From Bigelowiella natans CCMP2755 (lineage: Eukaryota > Protista > Cercozoa), in the NCBI GenBank assembly GCA_000320545.1, contig ADNK01001076.1:186001-250000 (forward strand): DNA of 64,000 bases, given 5' to 3'. The notes under the pieces are model-generated. The model was given only the letters and a program-made list of their open reading frames with translations, was not told where the DNA came from and searched no databases. Positions 17,838 through 31,314 of the stretch are shown one piece after another; position 1 is the first letter of the stretch, and every line of letters begins with the position of its first letter. A program made the translations under genes and the position numbers.

Positions 17838-19547
17838 GCGTTTGGGGGTGCACACCTTGTGAATTTTCCGTTCTGAGCTCCCTTCCCAGTCCACGTAGGG
17901 TCGCCATGCGTAGACCTGGTGAGACTTCACTGTTTTGTGCTCAGACAGCACTCGATCCAAGGAACGACCGTGTTTCCACTTGGCGATGAGAGCGCAAGTC
18001 AAGTCTTCCGCTTCCTCACCAGTCTCGGGCACACGAACAGGCGGCTTCCCAGGTGCGACGTTTTCCTTGCCAGTGCGTGCCCCACCTGACGGTGCGCACA
18101 GCGTCAAGCGTCAAGCGTCATGCGAGGTGCTGGGCACCACCAGGGGGTTCGATTCCCCCCTCGCAAAAACAACAACCACACATTGCAATGCTTGGAGCGT
18201 CTCACTGAGTGGTCACTCGCACACGACCACAACGAAACGAGGAGGCACCTGTTCGGCGAGCAACAGCACCAATTCGTGCAACTTTTGTTGACGTCAGGCA
18301 AGCCAAAGGAGAGCGGCCGCGTTTGCGAGACTAAATGCGTTCAGATCGGCGTGAACCTGACAAAAACAACGCGAAACAACCACTTCCAGTCGTCATGCAA
18401 TTCGACCCCCACGTGCTCCTCACACGAACGGCGTGCAACGCATCGGAACAGGATCGACCACCTGTTTGACCACCAAGAGTGGGGAAGGACGATGACCGGG
18501 TGACACGTCGATGGCGTGAGGTGCATGGGGTTGCTTGGAAGGGCATCACGAGCGTGTTTGTGCAGGTGTCTGGAACGAGCAGGTGCTGACAGTGATCGAT
18601 GTGAGCTCAATTGACCGTTGGTTTTCGTTTGAATTTGGTGCAAAATTCAAGCAGGAAACATTGGGCAAAAGTTTGACCCTCAATTTCATCAAGTGCGACA
18701 ATCAGAAAATGACAAATTGCTGACGAAGGGAAAAAATGCGACAGATCTAGTGGGATGTGCCACCGGCAAAAACATTTCAAAAGTGGTCGGAAAATTCGGA
18801 GAATTGTTTCGGCCATGCAATGCAACAGGCCCTTGTCGCGGAAACAGTTTCGGCCATGCAAAGAACGAGATGCAACTTTTCGGCCACTGTCGGTGACACA
18901 CTTCCTAGTGCTTGTCGTGGCAGCAAGATCCAGGCCTTTTCAACTTTTTCCAACGATGCTGCAAATGATTGCGGCGAGCGATTTTGAGTTGGCTGCAATT
19001 TGCGTCATGAGCCTTTTCATCAGCGCTTTTCATTTTCTTCGGCCGATTTTTTTTCACAACTTGAATTGCCAATTTCCGTCATCTTTTTCTTGGTGGTCCC
19101 CGCTCTGATGAGGTTCCAGCACATGCAAACTTGATCAATGCTTCACTCAAATTCAAATTCAAATTCTGATGTCTTCCAACACTTTGGAAATGCAGCTCAT
19201 CATTGTCATTGTTTCATTGTTCCATTGTTGACCTTGGTTGTTCGAGTGGCTTTCTCGTGGCATCGCGCTGCGCCGATGCTGGGATGCGGAAATGGGCGGG
19301 GGGATTTTCGGTTGCGAGGGCAGCTTTCCTCCCCATCCCTGAATCACACGTTGACCGTTGGGATGGACAGACGTGTCACTCCGCTAGTCTGGCCACAGGG
19401 TGACTCAGTCAACTGACAAAGCCAGAAAGGACGCTTGGATCTGACGTGAAAGACTCTTCCCGGGTGAAGACGTTGCTCAGATTGAACAACTGACTCGAAT
19501 TGATTCACCCAGAGAAGTTTTGCACCTGATGAACTTGGACGGCAAAA

Positions 19548-19690
19548 AATCAATGAAACAATGAAACAATGATGAAGAACCACGTTTCCAAAGTGTTGCA
19601 AGACACTTGCAGTGTGCAAAGTGCAGTGCCTTGAACTGGTTTCAGTGAGGACTGTGACTGGCAAATCAACCAGCTGGTTTGCCAAAATGG
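19548..19690 (-). repeat. Dispersed repeat family B (LINE/SINE 3'-tail-like); other copies at 19165-19228(+), 19955-20070(+), 41370-41450(-), 41765-41875(-)
   Basis: Shared core agtcctcactgaa..ccagttcgaggcactgc...gcaacactttggaaaNNNNgttc.tcatcattgtttcattg ending in a short (tttcattg)n tail. Confidence 0.6.
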
Positions 19691-20779
19691 CATGACTTGG
19701 TCATTGAGAAGCAATGACACTAGCGGCAAAATTCTGACGGCGCAAGACCTCCACTCTGACGAGCAAGTCCCTGGACAAGCCAAGCAAGTGGGGACCTTGG
19801 TGTGAGGGCACGTCGTCGTGTTGGTTCGTCCTCGACAAACCAGTCGATGGAAAAAAAAAAACCAAAACCTCCAACTGCCGAAGCTTGGGGGAAAATTGAA
19901 GCAGTCAAGCCAACCAGGCCAGCAGTGTTCACCACAGCAGCCAACGTGTCAACTTTCAGTCCTCGTTGAAGTTTCAGCTCGAGGCACTCTGCTGGTCTGC
20001 TGGCACTGCCAGACTGCGCCATCACTGCTTTGCAAGCGTCGTGCAACACTTTGGAAACACGGTCGATCACCAAGTTTCTTTCTTTTTTTTTTCCCACGAT
20101 CCTTTCACAACTCCGTCAAACCCGGTGACGACTGGGGTTTGCACAAACCGTGCTTTGCGCGCACGGCCTGGCGCGCTCAATCGTTGCAATTGGACATTGG
20201 AAGCACACTGGAGCACTGTTTGAAGTTCAAACTTGAACTTTTTTTTCGAACCTCAGCTTCAAAACCTCACTTTTCAACGCCTGCCAGCGGGCGCAAACTG
20301 GCAAATTGCAAAGTGCTTGCCACTTCTGAAACAGCTCTGAAGCTTGTTCAGTTGCACTTGCTGTGCCACAAGTTTTGCAAGCTTGCGAGGGTGTGCGCAA
20401 ACTGGCTTTGCATCACTGTGAACTTTCAGCACACGAACGCACACACCCGCGCGTGTCCACGCGCGGGTGCGTGCTCATTGATGCCGCGCTCACTCTGGAG
20501 TGCACATCGCCCTCGTCAGCGGCGTGTGCCAATGGGGATGTGCCGAGCACGCACTTGCTCTCAGCTGACGAGTTGAGAGACGTGCTGGCGTGGCCCTGCC
20601 GACAGGAGGTTCCCGTGCTTGCTTTGCCTTTGCACCGGGCCTGTCGAGACAGCGATCCACGATTTTGTCGTCCTGCGCTGAATCGGGCATTGGGGTGCAC
20701 GCGTGCATCGCTGCTGCGTCAACAAGAGGCGGTTGAACGTGATTCGTGAAAGTGTTGATGAAACTTGAACTGTTGTTGT

Positions 20780-20850
20780 GGTGTTTGAGTTGTGTTGTTT
20801 TTTGAGTTGTGTTTGCCTTTTGAGTTGTGTCAGTGTTTGAGTTGTGTTTG
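20780..20850 (+). repeat. Short tandem repeat, 4 copies of tttgagttgtgt
   Basis: Four copies at ~18-20 bp spacing. Confidence 0.75.
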
Positions 20851-21229
20851 CATGCAAGCAGGCTCAAGTTGCGCGTGCGGCTCCGAGAAAGCTTTCACTT
20901 GCAATGCAATCGTGCGTTGGTTTCACTGTGCGTCGTTCCGACGCCTTTGTCGTGCTGCGCGAACGCTGTGACGTGCAGAACGTTCCTGGACTTGTCCGAG
21001 AACGCGGCCAGCCCGAGGAAGAACGAGAGAACTTTCCAATGACACAAGAGCAGCGAGCTGCACGTTCTCAGACCGTTCCGTGCTCCAGCGCTGGCACGTG
21101 CGTCACACGTGCCGCGAGGCGTCCCAGGACGTCGTGTGTCGCGAGTCACGCACACAACGGACGTCGCTCTGCCTGTCCGACCGTGGCGTGCAAACTGAGC
21201 GCCACGTTGAGAGGTCATGCCACTCGTCA

Positions 21230-21990
21230 CAGGTTTGACGGAGTTGTGTTTGCGAGGAGTTCCTGCTTTGCGTTGTGGCTTGTTGAGGGTGTCGAGCTCG
21301 GTGTTCCAGTGTTGATCTCTTTGGCTTCGGGTTCAGATGAGACTTGGTCCCTGGAGTTGCCTGGCTTCGGCGCAGACTTGAGGACTTGTTTGCGAGCAAC
21401 ACACTTGTGCGTTTGCAGGTTGCGAGCTGGTGCGTTGGACGCGACAAGGATGAGACGCCTGGCCGCTTTGAAAACCTCGTGGTCTTCTGGGATGTCTTCT
21501 GCTTCGAGGAGTTGCGTGAGGTGGACATGCACGTCGCAAGCTGCGGCGCAGGTGAGGCAATTGTTTGTCCAGCTGTCCTCGAATGTTTCTTTGACATCTC
21601 TGAGCCTTTCTTTGTCAGGAAACCAAGGGAACCGAGCGTGGGAGGCTTCGGAAGATCCGTGTGGAGCTGGAGTTTTTCACGCACTGCCTTGTGCGTGCTG
21701 GGCTTCAACGGCAAAAAGTCCGTGGCAGAGGCAATGCGAAGTCCTGCAAACTTGTCCAGACCAGCTGTTTCTTCTTGCTCCAAAGTTTCTGTTTGACGTG
21801 GGAGGTCCAAAAGGGAGTTGTTCTTTTCTTCTGCTGCCCCGGCTAGCCGGCTGCTGCATGCTGCCACTGGGCCAGGGAGTCGTTGTCCTGTTGGGACATC
21901 CAGTGATGGCGCCCAGGGCTGAAACGACCGGGGCGTTGGAAATCTGATCGTTTTCAGGCAATTTTGCAATGCCATTAGCGCCAAAACGTG
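21230..21990 (-). pseudogene. Degenerate coding relic, possibly a retroelement gag/ORF1
   Basis: Protein-like helical segments in shifting frames (EQEETAGLDKFAGLRIASATDFLPLKP...; HLTQLLEAEDIPEDHEVFKAARRLILVASNAPARNL). They contain no Tyr and no diagnostic motif. Confidence 0.25.
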
Positions 21991-23001
21991 CAATGTCTGG
22001 AAATCGCATCATCATTGTGAGCTGGGATGGCACAGCAACAACAGCGATGGAGCCGAAGATTTGCCGAGTGAGCAGCGGGCGCAGCGAGCTGCGAGCGCAA
22101 GGCAAATGGAGAGGTGTGAGGTGCAGGTGCACGCGTTGTGTGCAGACGCTGTCCAGCTAGGTGTGCACTGTCACACGATGCACACATGCACATCGTGTGT
22201 GTGCACGTTTTTGTTGTCCGCCACACCTGGACATGCCACGCTAGCACACGCGTGCTGTCGCTGTCTAGCTGTGTGTTGTGTCTGTGTGTGCATGGCGTCG
22301 ATCTGACATGCCTGCGCACGTCTAGCTGTGCTGCGCTGAGCACGATGAGATCATTGTGTTTGTTTGTTTCGGCGATCATGTGCTTCATGTTGGCAAATTT
22401 GGCATTGTTGTGGCGGCCATGGCACGTCACACCACATGCATTCATTGTGATGAGCACATCTAGACATGAACGTGACCGAATGCACATGTTCTGTTCATGC
22501 AACTTGCTTGGTCACATGTGTTGGGCGCAACCAAGCCTAACTCTAGGCTCGCTGTGGCTTCATTCGCAATTGCCTTTGCACGCAACAACGAAGTGCTCCT
22601 CTGGAATGAGAGCACAGAAATTGGCGATTGTTTGCTTTGCACAACGAAAAAGATGACTAATTACTTGTAAGGTTTTGGAACTTATCAAATTGAATAACTT
22701 TTACCAAAAACACCTTTTTGTTCTCATCACAAATATGCCATACGTTCATGATCACTTGCCTGATCATAACGGTGCATCTCCACATTGTGTTGTGTGCTAC
22801 TAAGCTACATCGTTGCTATGCCGATCAATTAGGACATCTTGTAGGTAGTCGTTTCAAAAAATATTTGCTTCACGCAAAACCGCATGCATAGGGAATGTGT
22901 GCTAGTTTTGTGGGTTGTGTGAAAGTCATTATATGATATATAGAAGACGTAATTCCAGATAACCATTGCCGCCTTGGAGTGTAATGATCGTTTGGCTTTC
23001 T

Positions 23002-24408
23002 TTAATAATCGTCCTGGTCGGATTCCTCCTCTTCGTCTTCATCGCCATCATCATCATCATCTTCAGCCTTTTTCGATTTTAATAGAGCCAAAAACAGCAG
23101 CAGCGTTGAGGAAAAATTAACATTTTCTTCTCTTCGTAGTACAGTCATCCCCGTTATACACTATCAGTGCACCACCTCTCGAATGTGCACGACACACACA
23201 CACACACACACACATACACACTCACGTAGTATATATGTACGCAGTAGCCCCTAATGCAGCACAGTGATAACTGTGATATTATCATTATTATGCATTCACT
23301 TCAACATGTCATATTACTTCCCAGTCATCGTCCAACAACCAACAATTATTACCTCAATTTCTGGTTCTTCAAGAGCAGTTAACAATTTCTTTAGTTTGGC
23401 AAATTCCTGATTGATGAATATAGAAATGTATTATGAATGCAACCGAGAGCAGACGATGATGTGGTAGTGTTGTGCTAGTAGGTAGCAGTATTTATAGTAG
23501 TAGTAGTAGTAGTAGTAGTAATAAGTAGTAGTAGTGACCTCTTTCCACTTGAGATTCCTAACACCCGACCCTAGCCACAAACAAGAGAAAGTATACCAAC
23601 AGAAGAAGAAGAAGAAGAGGAAGAAACAACAGAAGATGACGATGAAAATATATCATTCAAAAAGAGGGAAAATAATGTATCATCCTGGTACTGCAACGTA
23701 CTGCTTGATTGATTGATTGCGACAAGCAGCAGCTACAGCATATATTTACCCCCTGCTACTACTACTATCATTATTTTTATTAAATGTTATTAAATTATAT
23801 ATTAAGATGATAATTTATTATCAATACGACTAGGAAAGAAAGGAGACCATTTAGTCGTCATCGTCGTTCGTACAACCAAAAATAAAGTTGCTTCAATACG
23901 GCGGTCAACGACGATATCAGTCGGAGAATACAATCCAAAAATGAGGGAGGGAGGGAGGGAAGGAGCAACTTCCATTTCTTTCCTCATCCTTTTCTCCTTG
24001 TTCTTATTCTTCTTCTTTGTTCTATTTATTATACTCCCCCTCCCCCTATTCTTCCTCTTCTTCTTCTTCTTCTTCTTCTTCTTTCTTTTACGACCTCCAT
24101 AGGGATCCGTGGGAACTGTCGTTGTCAAATGTGACTCCCAGAAAGGTAGCTACATACATACATACATACATACATACAACAAATCATTGGTTGATTTATT
24201 TTTTGGTGTGTGTGTGTGTGTGTGTTGATTCAATCCTTCGATCGATAACACCCAGTAGTACTGATCACATTACAACGCACTTTCCACCACACATACATAC
24301 CACTGCCACTGCTTACACTACTCAACCAAGAAAGAAGAAGAAGAGGAAGAAACATCAAGGGGGGGTAGGGGGGGGGACTTGGGAAATCTTATGCTATTGT
24401 AGAGTACA

Positions 24409-24439
<31 letters not shown>

Positions 24440-24684
24440 CTCTCTTGTGTGTGGGGGGGACACCTGCGTCTCGAGGATGTGGCGCTTCTTTAGCCAAAAA
24501 TGCGTGCTTAGAACTTCTGTGAATCCCTCCAATGGACTGCGGGTTACTCCCTAAGATGGGTGAAAGAAAGAAAGAAAGAAAACGGATGATGATGATTATA
24601 TAATACATACAAATCATGATCGTACATGTGTACTCAATGAGAAATAGCAATACGGCCCCGCAACCATCAGTCACTTACTTTCTT

Positions 24685-24740
<56 letters not shown>

Positions 24741-25156
24741 AACATGGTACTACTACTACAACAACAACAACAACTACTACTACTACTACTGTAACTCAAA
24801 CAATTTAGGTTATTTTAATAAATGAGAGGATAAATGATTAATTGATCGAATGATTCTGTGATCGGTCACATAACAACACATACAGACTTCCATACATTGA
24901 GTTTTAGATTGCCACTGGAATACGGCCTATGCCACTGCGATTGTCCTAAATAACACAGAACAACTTAGTAATAATATATGATGATGTTGGTGATGATGAT
25001 GATCATCTTCATCACATGCGTGGTAATGTTGAACAATCTTTAACCTAGACGCAGTAGTAATAGTAATAGTAGTAGTAGCAGCAGTAGAAGAATAAGAAAT
25101 AATAGCAGTTTGACGTTGTGGTAATAATGAGGCTGATGACGACGATGACATAAAAA

Positions 25157-25188
<32 letters not shown>

Positions 25189-26688
25189 ATATTAAAAGCA
25201 ACAGTATTCCTCCTCCTCCTCCTCCTCACCCCCCTTCCTTAGTCTAATGCTGTTTGCTTACTACTACAATACTACTGCTTCTCCTACCTGTTACGGGATT
25301 CCAAAAGTACCATTTACCAGACTGATTGAAAAGATGAAATATTATATTAAGCATTTTTAATGATGATGATGATCTTGAGTTACTGGATTGAATGAGGGAA
25401 CAAGTGATAATAACCTTATCGTCCTTTGACATTTTCCAAGGAGTTGTGACGCTTGTTTGCTTACGATTGTTGATATATGTTGGTTTCCCAAATTTGGGTG
25501 CTCCGGGGTCTTGCTTCTGTATAATGATGATGATGATGATGATGATGATGTTGTTAATGCTGATAATAATTACCATATCCTTAAGCCTTTTCTTCTCCTC
25601 CTCTTCTAGTTCCTATGGGAGTGTGTAGAGGAAGAGGTAGAGAACAAGAGGTAGAGGAAGGTGTGGGAGGGGGTAGGTAGTGTGGTTGATATGATATGAT
25701 ATGATATGATATATATAATAAGCAGCTAATTATTTGACGAGAAGGAGCACCTACCTTAGGATTTTTGATCATTCTTAGCCAGTAGAGGTGATCATGCATT
25801 GCATGCATCACTGTACGGCACATCAGATACGAATTGTATCCTCGAGATCTATTAACAATTGATTATTGTTTGCAGATAATAACAGTAGTAGTAGTAGTAG
25901 TAGTAGCAGTAGCAGTCAAAGGAGAAAAGTCAGAGAGGGGTAATGAAGAATTATCAAATTGTGTTTTATTGATAAAATAGTTGAAGAATACTGATGATGC
26001 AGGTCCTACTGACCCTCCTCCTCCTCCTCCTCCTCCTCCTCCTCTCCTTTCTCTTTATCATCATCATCATTATCTCCATAATATACTCGTTCTTAGTTAT
26101 TACCTTGCAGTCCCTAGATCACGAACCCACCCAGGCTCATTCACCTGATAATATGATGATGATGATGATGATGACGATGATGACGATGCGTGTGAGCTCA
26201 GGCGTCTTATCGTTATTATTCAATAGTGTGTTGTTTGTTTATGGTAGTGGTGTATTAGTGGAACTAGTAGTAGTAGTAGTAGTAGTAGTAGTACAATTGG
26301 CTCTGGTGCTCCAAGAATCATACTTTGAATCGATAGTAACACCTAGTAGTAGTATACGATGATGATGATGATGATGATTATGATGATGATGACAACAACC
26401 ACAACCACCAACAACGCGCATATAATATTACATATAATATACAACCATCATATCATCAGAGCTGATAACAAACAAGATGTCCACACACACACACTCTTTC
26501 CAAAAAAGAAGAACAAGAAGATACATACATACATACATACATACATACATACTACTACCTGCAATATATTTGAGTAGGAGGGATCCCATCCAGGCCCTGA
26601 CCACGTACCGAGAAGCGATAAACAAACCTAATAATAAGATCAACAACAATAATAAGAAGAGCGCCTTTGGAATAATGATGATTTCATC

Positions 26689-26720
<32 letters not shown>

Positions 26721-28030
26721 CACCTTGCCATTGTTGTATAGATTTGGATTAAAGCGTACGGTAGCCCTGTTAGTTGTGATGATCTTGCATTTTGGTGGAG
26801 CAGCAGGGTAATTACTTGGAACCCAAATATCAAAGAAGAACACCTAAAGAAGAAGAAGAAGAAGAAGAAGAAGAAGAAGAAGAAAAAGGAAAAGGAAATG
26901 ATCATAACGATGACGATGGTGATGGTGATGATGAAAGAAGAGGAGGAGGAGGAGGAGGAGGAGAAGGATGATGGTGGGAGAGAAAGATGAAAAAAGGAGG
27001 AGGAGGAGGAGGAGGAGGGGGAGTTCTCTCATATATTTGCGATTAGTTCAATGTGTTTAAAGCAGCAGTAAACAACAACAACAACAACAAACAACACTGC
27101 GAACAAGAAGTTGAAGAAACAGTAATTAATTAATTAATTTCATTACCCCATTCTCATAAGGTGCATCACCAGGTGCCATGATGCAAGCTCGCATCAAATC
27201 CATACGTGAATTGTCTACTCTTAGGAAAATTCCGTATGGCAAACCTGTGGATAGATACATATGATAAACAAATAAATGGTAATAGTGAGTTACTTGATGA
27301 TGATGATAGCAGTAGTGCTACAAAAGAAGAAGATGCAGAAGAAGATGATGAAAAGAGGTGGTAGATTAAGATTGTTTAACTGTGGTCATCATCATTATCA
27401 TCATCATCATCATCATCATCGAACATTGTGCTGCTACTTCTTCTACTTCTTCATCTTCTTCTTTTTGTGACTACTACATAGTATTTGACAGATAATAATA
27501 ATACCAGTCATCAGCGAACCGATTTCCTGTGTGAGTCGTCTGATCACTTTGGGGGGGGGGGGAGATCGCTCTGCATCCTTTTTGAACGTGTGCGTGACCT
27601 TTGACGACATTAAGTCGATCTGATGTGTTTCAATAATAATACAAAAACAAATCAATCAATGCAGATAATGATAAAATGATGCTGCAGCTAGATGATGATA
27701 ATGATGATAATGAAGATGCTCATGAATCATCATCATCAGCATATCTTCTGGGAACACTTGGGTGAGAATACTTTTATCCTCCTTCTACTGCTTACTCACT
27801 TTTGTTTCTTACCATTACATCTTAGTTATTATTAATACCATATTGACAGCAATCGTCTGCATTCGATTATTGTGGAGCTTGGTCTCATCGTTGTTAGAGG
27901 ATGATGATGATGATGATCCAGCATCACACACTTTCTTCCCTGATTTTCTACGGGATTTAATCAACGTCTTGTGTTGTGTGAGAATGGCAGCGATGATTCG
28001 ATCAACCTACGTACGAAGTAATAGTAGAAA

Positions 28031-28065
<35 letters not shown>

Positions 28066-28465
28066 ACAGTAGTCATGGAGGAAGAAGAAGAAGAAGAAGA
28101 AGAAGAAGAGGATTATGATGATGAAGATGATGATGAAGAAGAGGAGATATTTTGATGAACAAGATATGTGCTGTAGCTGGTTGCTTCTTCTCCGCACATC
28201 CTCTACTTACTAGCTAGTACCTCAATATTATGTACACACATATAGTATATATATATATATATATATATATTATAAAAATTCATCATTGCCTCTGCAGCAA
28301 ATTCTGAGACTTTGATCATGTCAGCATCAGTCGTCGTTGTAGTCGTCTTCTGCTCTCCCCCCGGCGATGATGAGGATGAGGATGATAATGATGATGTGAT
28401 ATATACACTTACCTAACAACAACACAACATTTGATGTTATATGATGATGATGATGATGATGCTAC

Positions 28466-28499
<34 letters not shown>

Positions 28500-28507
28500 C
28501 ATGTAGG

Positions 28508-28538
<31 letters not shown>

Positions 28539-29741
28539 GGTTGGTGCTCTTTCTGTAACTACAAACTACATACCCAAATCGTCGTCTTCTCTCCTTTCGC
28601 GCTGCTATATACTACAACAACTACTACTACTACTACTCAATACACAGCACCTGTCGCTTAATCGATTCCAACAACGAGATAATATCTGCTCTCCCTGCGG
28701 ATTCATTTTTCTCCAATATCTCCACCTTTGAGCATAATAATGGATGAATGGATTGCCACGATGATCTATTTAATCAATCGTCGTCATCACTGATTAGTAT
28801 AAACGCTACGACGTGGCAGCAGGTGAATGATGCAATGGCGACAGTTGAATATGATGATAATTGACTTAATAACGAGCAGCCAGATAGATAATATGTGAGA
28901 CGATGATAATGATGATGATGATGATGATGACGATATCTTACTGTGGTTGGATATAACAAAATATATAATAATAATCATCACCCCAACGTCGAGTGCCACA
29001 GCCTCGCAAGTTTTCAGGACAGCTGCGTAACAATGTAGAAGGAAGAGAAAAGGGGGGGGGGTGATGTTTGTGAGTAGTAATGGACGATATATTGACATAT
29101 TTTTTATTCAGATTAGATTACCAATGTGCTTCCCTTTCTCTCTCTTTCTCTCTCTTTCTCGGTGTAAAATATTTATGCTACTTCTACGTACGACAACAAC
29201 TTCTTCTATGGTGATGATATTAATGATGATGATGATGATGATGATGATAATAACACCTAGGTAGAGTGGCTGTCTCTCTGCAATTTGCATGAACGATGAC
29301 CTCAGGTAATTCGCCTGATGATAAATAAGATAAGATAAAAGAACACTGCTATAAATATCCACCAAACGACACATCACATCTTGCAACTAAGACAGAAAAT
29401 GAATCTTATCTTAGGTAAGATCACTACCAACTACTACTACTACCACTACCAGCACCACATCTAGTACTACCAAGTATGGATTGAGTGATGCAAGCAATAG
29501 CTCCTCTCTGATGAATTATATGAAAGAGAAAATAAGATGAAGATGAAGAAGAAGAAGAAGAAGAAGAAGAAGAAGAAGAACAAGAAGAAGCAGAGACAAT
29601 GATGATGATGATGATGATGATTGTTCCAGAACTGTATTATCGTAAATTTATTTTGCTTCTACTTGTGATTTTAGCTTCCTATTAACAATATGTGTGAGAT
29701 GATGGCGATTTATAATGATTATGATGATTATCATCATTACC

Positions 29742-29777
<36 letters not shown>

Positions 29778-30219
29778 AACATGTAGCAAAAGACATAATT
29801 ATACATTGACGTTGATAAAACAGCAAGTTTGTGAGTTTACTCATACTAACATTGATCAGCATCACCATCATCATCATCATCATCATCATCATCTTCTTCA
29901 TCATAGTAGTAGTAGTAGTAGTAGCAGTACTAGTACTTGTGCTTATCAATGCTGATTTCATGCGTTTTGGTCTCGGCGAGTAGGGTGACGATGCAACGAA
30001 GCAACAGCTAATAATAATAATAATAATGTCAGAGTACCAGATGATCGATCGTGTACAATGGAAAATGATTTTAAATAATGATACTGTGCATCTTGTGTCG
30101 TAGAGAAGAACAAAGAAGAAGAAGAAGAAGCTACATCTAACTTATCACCATAATAATATCAATAATTCGAATTCATTCATCTTGTCATTTTTATCATAAA
30201 TATTATTATCCGGTGAGGA

Positions 30220-30268
<49 letters not shown>

Positions 30269-30390
30269 CTCCTCCTCCTCCCCCTCCTACTATTACTACC
30301 TCAGAAAATCCATCCGTTATCTTTTGCTCCTTCTTCTTGTCCGCGATCGCTTTTCTGTGCATTATCATCATCATTATCACCATCGTCATT

Positions 30391-30424
<34 letters not shown>

Positions 30425-31176
30425 GTATCATCATCCATTCATCTAGCTACCTTGCTTTTGTGTCAATCCCTGCCGCACCTCCATACCCAATACCTCCAGA
30501 TTGTGCATTTCCTGATGATGAGGAGGCAGAGCTGTTATAGCTTATGCCACTAATAACAGCTTTCTTCACGACAATAACCTGAAGTACAAACAATAATAAG
30601 TGAGTTGGTTTAAGGAGGAGGAGGAAGAGGAGGAGGAGACAATGAAGGAAGAAAAGTTTCTTCAGTCTAACCCTACTACTACTACTACTACTAGCATGTA
30701 TAGTTGTCATAATTATCATCCTTTCTTTCATTGATTCATCTGATCTCTATCTATCAATCCTCACACCGCATCATCATCATCATCATTATCTCGTCATCAT
30801 CGTCCCACTTCATACTAATACATACTAATACGTACTACTGCTACGACCTCTGGGCCTTTAGTAGTAGCTTCTTCAGCCTTGTCTAACTTTTTGCCATCAT
30901 TATCATCATCTTGCTTCTTCTTCTTCAACAACTCTTGTTCCCTTTTCCGTTTTTTCTCTTCCTGCTCAGCTGCCTTGCGTTCTTTCTCGATGTTTTTAAG
31001 TTTTTCTTGTCTTGATGTTGTTTTCCCAGTCATTTTACCTTTTGATCATCCATCAATCATATCTCCATCGATGACTAATAAATTTGCTTCGCTCGTCCTT
31101 TCCTCCCTCATTCTTTGCTCACCCCCCTCCCCCCCCCCTCATTCTCTTTCCAGCGTACTACTACAGCCTCTACTAC

Positions 31177-31222
<46 letters not shown>

Positions 31223-31283
31223 GTGTGTTGGTGGTGGTTGAAATGAACAAACATGAACTATTACACTACATAATAATACATAC

Positions 31284-31314
<31 letters not shown>

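Larger units (their letters stand above)
15090..18890 (-). mobile_element. Possible full extent of the pogo-like element
   Basis: The right end reads cagtggccgaaa on the minus strand, with repeated tttcggcca motifs at ~18807, 18848 and 18878. A matching ttgtatggccgaaaac lies on the plus strand at ~15112. The TIR match is degenerate and no clean TA TSD is visible. Confidence 0.35.
17913..22656. other. TpA-erased tract of nested decayed repeats
   Basis: 14 TpA in ~4.7 kb by hand count (11 CTAG, 2 CTAA, 1 TTAG); none between 19723 and 21843. Confidence 0.9.

Noticed and set aside
18104-22656. Dense overlapping ORFs in all six frames (up to 367 aa), rich in Cys/His/Arg/Ala
   Set aside because: Artefact of TpA loss, which removes TAA/TAG stops and Tyr codons; no domain motifs.
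17913-22656. CpG methylation decay or RIP as the cause of TG/CA excess
   Set aside because: CpG is abundant and TpA is missing, the reverse of what C>T processes produce.
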